Source: Candidatus Sumerlaeia bacterium (lineage in GTDB: Bacteria > Sumerlaeota > Sumerlaeia > SLMS01). From it: DNA of 25,229 bases. The notes under the pieces were generated by a model. That model did no database searches. It saw nothing but the letters and a program-made list of their open reading frames with translations, and had not been told where the DNA came from. The stretch is taken from contig JBBQYG010000050.1 in the NCBI GenBank assembly GCA_038208905.1, positions 1-25,229 of the forward strand, read 5' to 3'. Of this stretch, positions 16,872 through 24,903 are shown piece by piece (position 1 is the first letter of the stretch; every line of letters begins with the position of its first letter). Made by a program: the position numbers and the translations under genes.

Positions 16872-17048
16872 TTCCTGCGACGTTGGTTAGGACTTGGAGT
16901 CCTGAAGCCGTAATACTCTGATCGGGAGCCTTAAATCCTCGGCGGTGGCATGGGTTGCTTCGGCAACCAAGCCGAAGGTCGGGGTGCGGGCGCCCACTTG
17001 TGAGGCCCTGGGTTTCACGAGACTCTTGATCCGACGGCGAAGCGGGAA
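16872..17048 (+). ncRNA. ssrS: 6S RNA
   Basis: Rod of about 177 nt: closing helices UUCCUGC/GCGGGAA, CGUU/GACG, GGUUAG/UUGAUC, GAGUC/GACUC and UGAAGCC/GGUUUCA; central bubble GUAAUACUCUGAUC opposite ACUUGUGAGGCCCU; then GGGAGCC/GGCGCCC, CCUCGGC/GUCGGGG and apical GGUUGC-UUCG-GCAACC. GGGAGC, CCCAC, GGGUUUCA and ACGGC match 6S conserved elements. Confidence 0.9.
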
Positions 17049-17089
17049 ATATTTATTAGGTCCGGGAGCGCCTAGCGCGGAATGATCGG

Positions 17090-19528
17090 TCAGGTCCGTC
17101 TGATTCGACGGATCGTTCCCCAAATCCCAGCAATCACCAATAGGAGCAATGCCGCCAGCGCTGATGAGGAAACTGCCACGGCGGTATCCCAGGTCGGCGG
17201 GCGATAGCGCATCTCGACGATGTGCTCGCCCGGTGGCACGGGGACGTAGCGGAAGATAAAGTTGGCGCGGCGCATCGCGATCCAATCGCCGTCCCCGCCG
17301 CTGACGCGGTACCTCCAGCCGCGCCAATAAACATCTCGGATCAGGAGCACCGTTCCGTCAGGCGAATCAACCCGCGCCGATTGGAAACTGGGCTCGTCGC
17401 GGAGCACCTCCACCACGCCCGGGTCGAAGGGTTCGACAGCGGGGGGAAGCAGCCTCCAATCGGGTCGATCAAGCAGCGCAAGTGACGGCGTGGTTGACGG
17501 ATCGGAATACTGCGCGTGAGTGCGCGCCTCCTCGTCGCTTGCGGCGGGTCGCCAGGCAGAGGCGAGGTCGAATCGCGGGCGGGCGCCGATGACACGAAAC
17601 AACGCCACGTTGCCAAGGTTGCGCACAGGCTCGTAGTCGATGCCGAGTCGCTGGCCGAGTTCAAGGTGCAACGCTTCCGGAATTCGCCCCTGCGTGGTGA
17701 TCAGGTGCGACACGGCGAATTGCCGAAACAGCGCGGGGTTTCGCAGCCACGTCTCGTCCCAGAATCCCACGCCGGCCTGGCCGATGCCGGTGAGGTCGCC
17801 AAACTCCCGCCCGATCAAGGGGCAGTATCCGCCCATCGAGCGCAGGCCCGGAAACAGGAACGTGGCGTGCGGGAAGGTGAGAGCCTCCAGGTCGTTTCCA
17901 TCCGCCATGACGGAATGGAGGCGGGATATTTCTTCGATTGGGACATCCGCGAAGAGCGGGTTGCGATCATACTCGATCACCGCCTCAAGTTTGTCGCTCC
18001 CATAGTGTGCGTAGCGCTCCGCCACGAGGTTGGCGAGCGCCAGTGGGAGGCAGAGTACCGCCGCGCCCGCGATTTTCCACTTTCGCGGGAAAAGGGCGCT
18101 TAGGCCCGCGACGAGCGAAAGCAGCGCTGGAAATCCAGTCGCGTCGAGCAGGCCGCCGAGCCGGATGCCGTATGGCGCCATCAGTTCCGCCATCCGGTGA
18201 TCGGCGCTGGCCGACCCGACGAATGCGAGATCGAGGAGGTTGGCCTCGCCGATGCTCGTGGCTGAATCTGTCGTCCGTAGCAAGGCGCATCCACCCAACG
18301 CCAGAGCAGCCAGAGCGACGAATCCACAGACTAGCCACGCAAGGCGCTGCCCCGGCGGGCGCCGCGCCAGGAGGTGCATCGCCATTGCGCCAAGGATCGC
18401 CGCGAAGACGCCCGTCAGGAACAGCCACCGCCCCGGAACACGGAACATATTGAACGGCGGCACGCGGAAGAGCCAGGCGTTGAATGGTAGATACGACCCG
18501 CAGGCGAGCAGGAATGTAACACCCACCGCCAGCCAGAGTATCGCTACCGCGCGCCGCCGACCGGCGAAGATCCGCCGGTCGCGCATCGCCAGCACCGGCG
18601 CCAGCAATGCCAGCGCCCACCCAAGTGGCGGGATCGTGCCGTGGGCCTCCCCCGGGATGCTCTCGCCCAGATACGTTCCCCACGGAGTTCCAAGAGCGGC
18701 GGGCGAGAGGAATTGGAGAAGGTGCGACGGCGGAAAGCTCCCCGTCTGCCAGCTCTCCAGCGTCATCAACTCGCGAAAGGTCGAGGAAACGTTCTCAAGC
18801 GTCGGAAGAATCTGGATCCCCATCAGCGCCACGCCGACCAGCCCCGCCACGGCGAGCCATGCGGTGCCGAGCGCGAACCGCCGCGTGCGCCGCCAGTCCG
18901 TCAGCCAGTCAACGCCGATCCAAAGGACGGTGAAGAGGAAAACCTGCTGGTATCCGATAGCGATTTGCAACGCGATCCCCAACGCCAGCCAAGCGGCCCG
19001 CCCCGGCCCCGGACGATGCATGACCCGCCGCGCCAGCCACGCCACCAATGGCGCGGCGAGTGCGGTCTCTCGCATGGAAATGTGCGAGTCATGGTAGAGC
19101 AGAAAACTGTGCGATACGAAGAACATCGCGCCCGCGAAGCACGCTAACTCCACCAGCCGTCTACTGCGCAGATAGAGGTACATTCCGAACCCGCCCAGCA
19201 GCATGTGAAAAACGCTGAGCTGATTGTGAATCCAGGGGGGGAAGAACACATACGCCAGATTGGGCGGATACAACACACCCACATAGGAGAGAGCGAGCAG
19301 TGGCATCCCCCCGAAGACCTTCTCCGTAAAGAAGGGAAACTGGCCCGCCGCGATCTGGCGCGCGGCCTCAACCCGCCACGGGATGTATTCGGAGAATGAC
19401 TCCGTCCAGCGATATTCCCCCGCCCAGATTCCCCGGGTGAAGATCAGGGCGATCAGGAGAAACCCGGGGAGGAGGACCCCCAAGGTCCATGCCAGTTGTC
19501 GCCAGACTCGCCTCGATCCCCATCGCAT
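17090..19528 (-). CDS. YfhO family polytopic membrane protein (GT-C-like)
   Basis: GQFPFFTEKVFGGMPLLA...GVLYPPN, GGFGMYLYLR, QILPTLE, PPFNMFRVPGRW, SMGGY and the C-terminal LIRDVYWRGW...RANFIFRYVPVPPGEHIVEMRYRP plus TM. Start uncertain (ATG 19528 or TTG 19564). Confidence 0.88.
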   Translation of the reverse strand: MRWGSRRVWRQLAWTLGVLLPGFLLIALIFTRGIWAGEYRWTESFSEYIPWRVEAARQIAAGQFPFFTEKVFGGMPLLALSYVGVLYPPNLAYVFFPPWIHNQLSVFHMLLGGFGMYLYLRSRRLVELACFAGAMFFVSHSFLLYHDSHISMRETALAAPLVAWLARRVMHRPGPGRAAWLALGIALQIAIGYQQVFLFTVLWIGVDWLTDWRRTRRFALGTAWLAVAGLVGVALMGIQILPTLENVSSTFRELMTLESWQTGSFPPSHLLQFLSPAALGTPWGTYLGESIPGEAHGTIPPLGWALALLAPVLAMRDRRIFAGRRRAVAILWLAVGVTFLLACGSYLPFNAWLFRVPPFNMFRVPGRWLFLTGVFAAILGAMAMHLLARRPPGQRLAWLVCGFVALAALALGGCALLRTTDSATSIGEANLLDLAFVGSASADHRMAELMAPYGIRLGGLLDATGFPALLSLVAGLSALFPRKWKIAGAAVLCLPLALANLVAERYAHYGSDKLEAVIEYDRNPLFADVPIEEISRLHSVMADGNDLEALTFPHATFLFPGLRSMGGYCPLIGREFGDLTGIGQAGVGFWDETWLRNPALFRQFAVSHLITTQGRIPEALHLELGQRLGIDYEPVRNLGNVALFRVIGARPRFDLASAWRPAASDEEARTHAQYSDPSTTPSLALLDRPDWRLLPPAVEPFDPGVVEVLRDEPSFQSARVDSPDGTVLLIRDVYWRGWRYRVSGGDGDWIAMRRANFIFRYVPVPPGEHIVEMRYRPPTWDTAVAVSSSALAALLLLVIAGIWGTIRRIRRT

Positions 19529-19783
19529 GGCGGTGATCTGGGCGGGCAGCGGCCAGAGCCGCAACAGTTAGAGCGGGCGCCGGAGCCATGCCGGTCCAAG
19601 TTTTTTCAGCAACCTGCAACACTGGTGTTGCCAATCCCGGCAGAATGGCCCCACTCTATGGATCGTTGGAACATTGAGTCACCCATCTGGCCCCACGGCA
19701 ACGCCGCTCGCCTGAGGTTCAGATTCGGCCCCCTCTGTTCCTTGCCTTCTGTGACCCCATTTTCCCCAACTTGGAGAATCCCC

Positions 19784-21214
19784 ATGTCATTCTGGAAGAC
19801 ACGATTTGCGAAGGGCGCCTTTATATCGGCTGTCGCGGCCTGCATGTTGGCCGCCTCTGGAGCCAGCGCCATCCCCAGCGAGTTCACCTACCAGGCCCAA
19901 CTCGTCAGTTCCATCACCGGCAACTCGATCAATTCGAGCAACGTGACGGTGACGCTGGATTTCTTCGCCAGCTCCGCCGCCAGCATCCCCGTCGCCACGC
20001 GCGTCTATCCCGGGCAAAACCTCCTTCTAACCGGTGGGTATGTGAATCTGGACGTTGCCTCGGCGGGATTGAATCTCGGCGGCGACCTCTTTGTCGAAGT
20101 TGTGGTGGACGACTTGCTCGACGCTGATCCGCCGGAGCGCCTCTCCGGCCGCCAGAAGATCACATCGGTCCCCTTCGCCCTCAACGCGCAGACGCTGGAA
20201 GGCGAGAACCTCCTCGGGATCCGCACCTACGCGGAAAACGAAGGGCTCGCCGCCGAGGCCAACGCCGAGGCGTTCCTCATTTCCTCCCTCGCCAACTTCA
20301 ACCGGGTTGTCGTCGTGAACTCCGCCATCACCCAGTCAGCCGTCCCCGATGGCAGCCTGACGGATCCGTTCGACAACTTGGCTGGTGCCTATGCCTTTGC
20401 GAAGTCGCTTCCCGGCGCGGGGAGTTTCGTGGACCGCATTGCCGTGTACATGATGCCGGGCCGTCACGATGTGAATACGACCGTCGTGCTCGATACGGTA
20501 GGCATCGATGTGGTGGGCTTTGGCAGCGGGACTTCGCTCATCTCCGGGTCCGCTGATCCGCTCTTGCGCTTTCAGGCGGGAACATCCGGCCCCAAGGTCG
20601 CGAACATCCAGCTTCGCCCCTCCGGCGCCTCAAATCGCGCGCTGGAGGCCCTCTCTGGCGGGCGCTTGATCGATGTCGAAATCGGGCGCTTCACGGGCGG
20701 GCCGGGCCTCACCCTCGTGACGATCAACGTCCCGAAGCTCGCTGCCCCGAACTCGCTTACCCTGTCGTTTAACGGTTTCGCGATCTACGGCAACGTCGAT
20801 GTCGTCAGCTATGGCGACCAGACGACTTTCACGGGCGGCTTCATCACGGGCACGGTCGCCTGTACATCGACTGTTGGCGCCGATTTCAACGAGTTCCTCT
20901 CCTTCAGCGACGTGGCCTCGATCGGCGGCTTCAGCATGACCCCCGCTGCCCCGGGTATCGTACTGATGAGCAACATTCAGGGCGTCTTCAGCGTGAACTA
21001 CAACGCCAATACGATCATCCGGACGACCAACGTGGCGTTCCTGAATCCGGCGACGCTTGCGCCCCTCGCACTGACGCAGCCCGCGGCCAACTCCGCGTTC
21101 ATCAATACCTTCGCCAACATCGACGCCTCGCTGTGGAGCGGCACCATTCTCAGCTCCACCGGAAACGTTACCACGCCGATCAACACCTACACCGTGTTCC
21201 TGACCAAGCTCTAA
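19784..21214 (+). CDS. Secreted fibre/adhesin-like protein: signal peptide, conserved N-terminal 'TYQ..L...RQ.I.SVPFAL' domain, short helical neck, beta-helix-like body; 476 aa
   Basis: ATG 19784 with GGAG; signal peptide ending ASA; IPSEFTYQAQL...LFVEVVV...LSGRQKITSVPFALNAQTL; DGSLTDPFDNLAGAY...IAVYMMPGRH resembles the N-cap of pectin-lyase-fold beta-helices. Confidence 0.75.
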   Translation: MSFWKTRFAKGAFISAVAACMLAASGASAIPSEFTYQAQLVSSITGNSINSSNVTVTLDFFASSAASIPVATRVYPGQNLLLTGGYVNLDVASAGLNLGGDLFVEVVVDDLLDADPPERLSGRQKITSVPFALNAQTLEGENLLGIRTYAENEGLAAEANAEAFLISSLANFNRVVVVNSAITQSAVPDGSLTDPFDNLAGAYAFAKSLPGAGSFVDRIAVYMMPGRHDVNTTVVLDTVGIDVVGFGSGTSLISGSADPLLRFQAGTSGPKVANIQLRPSGASNRALEALSGGRLIDVEIGRFTGGPGLTLVTINVPKLAAPNSLTLSFNGFAIYGNVDVVSYGDQTTFTGGFITGTVACTSTVGADFNEFLSFSDVASIGGFSMTPAAPGIVLMSNIQGVFSVNYNANTIIRTTNVAFLNPATLAPLALTQPAANSAFINTFANIDASLWSGTILSSTGNVTTPINTYTVFLTKL

Positions 21215-21232
21215 GCCAAGGGAGTCAACCCC

Positions 21233-21487
21233 ATGAAGCGCCGACGGACACTTCTCATCGCCCTGACACTGGGGCTCCTCGCCGCGGGATCGGCGGGCTA
21301 CTCGCTCTCGCTGCTGCTGGGGCCGAGCACCACCATCGCGAATTCCCAAGTCGTGAACGGGGGCGCGACCCTCGTCGGCGCCAGCTTCACAGCGCGCGAA
21401 TCTCGGGTGGGTCCACCAGTGTACAGGCTCAGGACCAATCTTGCCAGCACGGTTCTCGAAGCAGAAAACTGGAACGAATACAGATAG
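21233..21487 (+). CDS. Small secreted protein (84 aa) ending in LEAENWNEYR
   Basis: AAGGGAG SD; starts 18 bp after the upstream stop; basic N-terminus plus hydrophobic core; followed by a terminator. Confidence 0.78.
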   Translation: MKRRRTLLIALTLGLLAAGSAGYSLSLLLGPSTTIANSQVVNGGATLVGASFTARESRVGPPVYRLRTNLASTVLEAENWNEYR

Positions 21488-21518
21488 GCCCAGGTTCTTC
21501 GAGCATCACGCAAACACA

Positions 21519-21557
21519 AAACCGGCGGCGGGGAATCGATCTTCCCGCCGCCGGTTT
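21519..21557. terminator. Bidirectional intrinsic terminator
   Basis: 14-bp inverted repeat AAACCGGCGGCGGG/CCCGCCGCCGGTTT between convergent genes, A-rich on the left and T-rich on the right. Confidence 0.85.
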
Positions 21558-21575
21558 CCTTGTTCTGCGCCAATC

Positions 21576-23969
21576 TCAATTCCCGGCGACGGCCTCGGTC
21601 TTCTTATCCACCGGGTAGTAGATCACAATGTTGTCGTGCATCAGCGTGATGATCTCTGGCTTGCCGTCGTTGTTGACGTCGACGGCTACCCCCTCGCGGG
21701 GTTCCGGCACGGCATCGAGATTAATGCGCCGGGCGATGGTGCTCTCGTTGTCGAACATCTTGAAGGAATAGAAGCGGTGCAGGGCGGGGTGTCCCTCCTT
21801 GTCCTTCCCCGGCACATAGAGGTCCAGGACCATATTCTTCATCTCGACCGCCGCCATCGCCGTTGGCCCGGCGGGGAATAGCCGGAGCGGGAAGACCATG
21901 CCGTAGCCGGACTGACTATCCTCCAGCTCCACGGTCGCCAGATTGCGAAGCCCGCCGGAAAGTGGCCGCGAGTAGATGACGCCGAGGCGGTCCTCGGCGG
22001 TGAGGAGGAAATCGTCCTTCCCGTCGCCATCGAGATCGAACACGCGCAGGCTGTTATACTCGGAGCCGTCGATGTCGATGTTCACCAGAAGCTCGTACTC
22101 GGCCTTGCCTTTTTCGATACCATAGACGGTGAGCACTTTGTTGCCGCGATCGAGGAGTACCATATCGGCGGTGCCTTCCCCGCGCGGAGAGCCCACCGCA
22201 AAGGAAACGAGCCGCGACTGCGCATTGCGGCCGTTGAACTGCTGCTCCACGACGACGTTGTTTTCCGCGTCGATGTGGAAGGCGCGCGCGAACTTCTCCT
22301 TCAGCGCCGCCACCGAGGCGGGCTTGTCGGCGCCGCTGAGGCGCACGTCGTCGAGGCTTGTCGCGCGCGCGCCGGAGAGCAGGCCCTGCAACACGCCGGA
22401 GCTCGCGCGGAGTGGCTGAAAATCGCTATCCTTCCCCTGAAGGAGAATCGTCGCCGGCTTGAAATCTGCGTAGACGATCAGGTCGTCGAGGCCGTCGCGG
22501 TTTGTGTCCATCGCCTCCATGCCGATCACGTCCACGCCCTCAAGCGGGTTGGGTCCGTCGCCGCCAGAGGCCCCCACGGTGCGCACTGTCCCCAGTTCTC
22601 CACTGTCGGAAATCGGATACACGTCAACGCGCGGTGTCTTGCCCGAGCCCTCGGCTTTCAGCGCGACGGCGATGTGGGGCTTGTTGCCGACCGACACCAC
22701 GGCGACGCCCAGCGGCTCGCCCGCGATCGGGAGGATGCTCGGGAACGGCAACACACCGGTCTTGGCGTCGGCGACTGTATATCCGACGGCCTTCTCCGCG
22801 GGGGAGAAGAGGACCAGCGGCGTCGGCGAGCCCTTCTTTGCGGGGAGCGGGAGCGCGGCGGTGATACCCTGAAAGCTGGGCACACGCGTTTCCACCAGCG
22901 AGCCGCCGCGAGTCTGCCGAAGAATACGTGCTACCGAGAGGTCCGGCGAAAAGAGCAGCACATCCAGCCGCCCGTCGCCGTCGTAGTCGGCCACGATCTG
23001 GAATGTCTTGCCGGAACGCGATTCGGGATCGAAGGAGACCGTCTGCATGGCGGAGGTCGGGATGACCTTGGTGGCGTTCTCCTTCTCGTCAGGCTCTGCG
23101 AGACCAAGCTGCACGAGGGAGCGCGTCGTGTTCTGCACGGCAACGACGGTGTCGCGCTCGCCCTTGCCGCCGACAAGCGGCGCCACCACGCGCATCAGGC
23201 TGGTCGTCGCGCGGAACTCGGACGGAAAGGACTTCTCCGCCGTCTGGAGCCTGACGACCAGATCACCAAACGCTCCCGAATCGTGATAGACAATGTCAGC
23301 CAAGCCGTCGCCGTCGAAATCCAGAATCATTGGATCGCTGGCTGGGTCGCCGGTGGTGTGGAAGGTCTGCGAGGACTCCAGCTCAAGGCCGCGAGCCTTG
23401 CCGGGAAGGATGTCGAACCGCTTATTGTTATAGACCAGAAGGTCCGGCCGACCATCGGCGTTTAGGTCGCCGACAATCAGGCGCGAGGCCTCGATATCGG
23501 TTTGCTGGGGGGGCTGGAGCCGACCGTCCTCGCCTTGGTACATGACGATCAGGCGCGGCGGCGCGCCCGCCATCGCCAAGTCCATGCGTCCGTCCCCGTT
23601 CACGTCGATCGCACGGGCACGGCTGATGATTCGGTCCAGGTTCAGCGTCTCCTTCCTGAAAAGCGGCTCGCCGTCCTTGGGGGCTTTCTGCTGGAAGAAC
23701 AGTTCCAAAATGCTTCGCTCGTTTGAAACCACTGCCACGTCGAGGAGGCCGTCACCGTTCAGGTCCTCCGCCATGAGATCCTTGCTGCGGCGGTTAGCCT
23801 TGTAGATCCAAGGCCCGTCCAACAGGAAATCCTTTACTGGCGCCGGGAGCAGGGCGGAATCGGCGAGGCGGGGCTCCGTCCCGGGGGTTGCGGCCAGGAT
23901 CGGATTGGCAGCAGAAAGCGCCGCCAGCAGGGCGATGGCGGAAAGACTGGTGCGGGCTGCGGGCTTCAC
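21576..23969 (-). CDS. Secreted FG-GAP/VCBS repeat (beta-propeller) protein
   Basis: Repeated D(L/V/F/Y)(N/D)GDG..D motifs (DLNGDGLLD, DVNGDGRMD, DLNADGRPD, DFDGDGLAD, DYDGDGRLD, DTNRDGLDD, DLDGDGKDD, DVNNDGKPE); signal peptide. GTG 23969 with GGGAGG upstream chosen; TTG 24014 is an alternative. Confidence 0.88.
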   Translation of the reverse strand: MKPAARTSLSAIALLAALSAANPILAATPGTEPRLADSALLPAPVKDFLLDGPWIYKANRRSKDLMAEDLNGDGLLDVAVVSNERSILELFFQQKAPKDGEPLFRKETLNLDRIISRARAIDVNGDGRMDLAMAGAPPRLIVMYQGEDGRLQPPQQTDIEASRLIVGDLNADGRPDLLVYNNKRFDILPGKARGLELESSQTFHTTGDPASDPMILDFDGDGLADIVYHDSGAFGDLVVRLQTAEKSFPSEFRATTSLMRVVAPLVGGKGERDTVVAVQNTTRSLVQLGLAEPDEKENATKVIPTSAMQTVSFDPESRSGKTFQIVADYDGDGRLDVLLFSPDLSVARILRQTRGGSLVETRVPSFQGITAALPLPAKKGSPTPLVLFSPAEKAVGYTVADAKTGVLPFPSILPIAGEPLGVAVVSVGNKPHIAVALKAEGSGKTPRVDVYPISDSGELGTVRTVGASGGDGPNPLEGVDVIGMEAMDTNRDGLDDLIVYADFKPATILLQGKDSDFQPLRASSGVLQGLLSGARATSLDDVRLSGADKPASVAALKEKFARAFHIDAENNVVVEQQFNGRNAQSRLVSFAVGSPRGEGTADMVLLDRGNKVLTVYGIEKGKAEYELLVNIDIDGSEYNSLRVFDLDGDGKDDFLLTAEDRLGVIYSRPLSGGLRNLATVELEDSQSGYGMVFPLRLFPAGPTAMAAVEMKNMVLDLYVPGKDKEGHPALHRFYSFKMFDNESTIARRINLDAVPEPREGVAVDVNNDGKPEIITLMHDNIVIYYPVDKKTEAVAGN

Positions 23970-24014
23970 GATGGAGAGGTTCCTCCCGGCGGGGTTTGCT
24001 CGGCTTCGGATCAA

Positions 24015-24389
24015 CTACTTGTAGAGGGTTTCCGGCGTTGGAGTTCCGTCGGCATTCGCTTCGCCCTTCTCGCCCGACTCGGCTCCGGCCTCGCCTTCCG
24101 GCGTTGCTTCCGCAGGGGCGGGCCCGCCCTCGGCGATGGTTGCGGGTGGATCGGTCTCCGGGACCACCGGCGCACCTTCGGTCGGCGGGTCGGCGCGGGT
24201 GATTATTCCGGCATTCGCAGGCGCCTCGGCCTCCTTCGCCGCCTCTTCTTCGGCGGGCTCGGAGCCGTCTGTGCGAAGGTTGATCTTTGTTCGCACTTCC
24301 ACATAGCTAGGCTTCTGAAGTGCCACCACGAATAGCGTGATGAGGGCGAATCCAACCAGCGCGAACTGGATATAGAGAGACTTTTTCAT
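24015..24389 (-). CDS. Hypothetical single-pass membrane protein with an acidic Pro/Ala/Glu-rich tail, 124 aa
   Basis: MKKSLYIQFALVGFALITLFVVAL TM followed by a disordered acidic region; directly upstream of the FG-GAP gene. Confidence 0.7.
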   Translation of the reverse strand: MKKSLYIQFALVGFALITLFVVALQKPSYVEVRTKINLRTDGSEPAEEEAAKEAEAPANAGIITRADPPTEGAPVVPETDPPATIAEGGPAPAEATPEGEAGAESGEKGEANADGTPTPETLYK

Positions 24390-24495
24390 AGGGCAGGCGC
24401 GGTAGTCCATCCCGAGTCGATAGTTGCGATTCCCAACGTGGCACAGGGCAGCGGGTGTGTGTCAAACCTTCCCTCCCCCTGAATGGGCGGGCCGG

Positions 24496-24759
24496 TCACT
24501 CCCGGGGCGGAATCTTGCAACGCATCTCGTCCAACCCCGCCCACGCGGCCCACTCGCTGTGGATCGAGAGGTCCACACCGAGGCGGTGGGCTTCCTTCTG
24601 GAGGACCGTCTGGAGGTCGTGGAGCAGGTCGCTGGCCTCCTCGTCGATGCCCAGCGTCCCCTTGGCCTTCAGATCGTTCCAGAGGCTACGGTGAATGATC
24701 TTCAGCTCATCGAGTCGCAGGCCGACGCGATAGGTCTCTTCCTTGCCGTGAAATTCCAT
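24496..24759 (-). CDS. Hypothetical 87-aa cytoplasmic protein
   Basis: ATG 24759 with purine-rich GGGAGAGAG upstream; MEFHGKEETYRVGLRLDELKIIHRSLW...LHDLQTVLQKEAHRLGVDLSIHSEWAAWAG; GC3-rich codons and an amphipathic helical pattern. Confidence 0.75.
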   Translation of the reverse strand: MEFHGKEETYRVGLRLDELKIIHRSLWNDLKAKGTLGIDEEASDLLHDLQTVLQKEAHRLGVDLSIHSEWAAWAGLDEMRCKIPPRE

Positions 24760-24903
24760 GTGAAGTTCTCTCTCCCTGGCGGGTGTGGGACGGTTGGCGC
24801 GAAAAAGGCTCCGGTTGACTCGCCCCGGACGTATGGATGCCTTGGTCAGGCATCGCTGTCCACCCTCGAGGACGCCAGAATCATTCCCGCCCCTCCTTCC
24901 CAC

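Noticed and set aside
1493-23805. Long antisense or off-frame ORFs (e.g. 1493..2674, 3951..5123, 5322..6410, 13544..15055, 15584..16762, 22275..23465)
   Set aside because: They mirror well-supported genes, carry no recognisable motifs, and are expected from GC3 bias.
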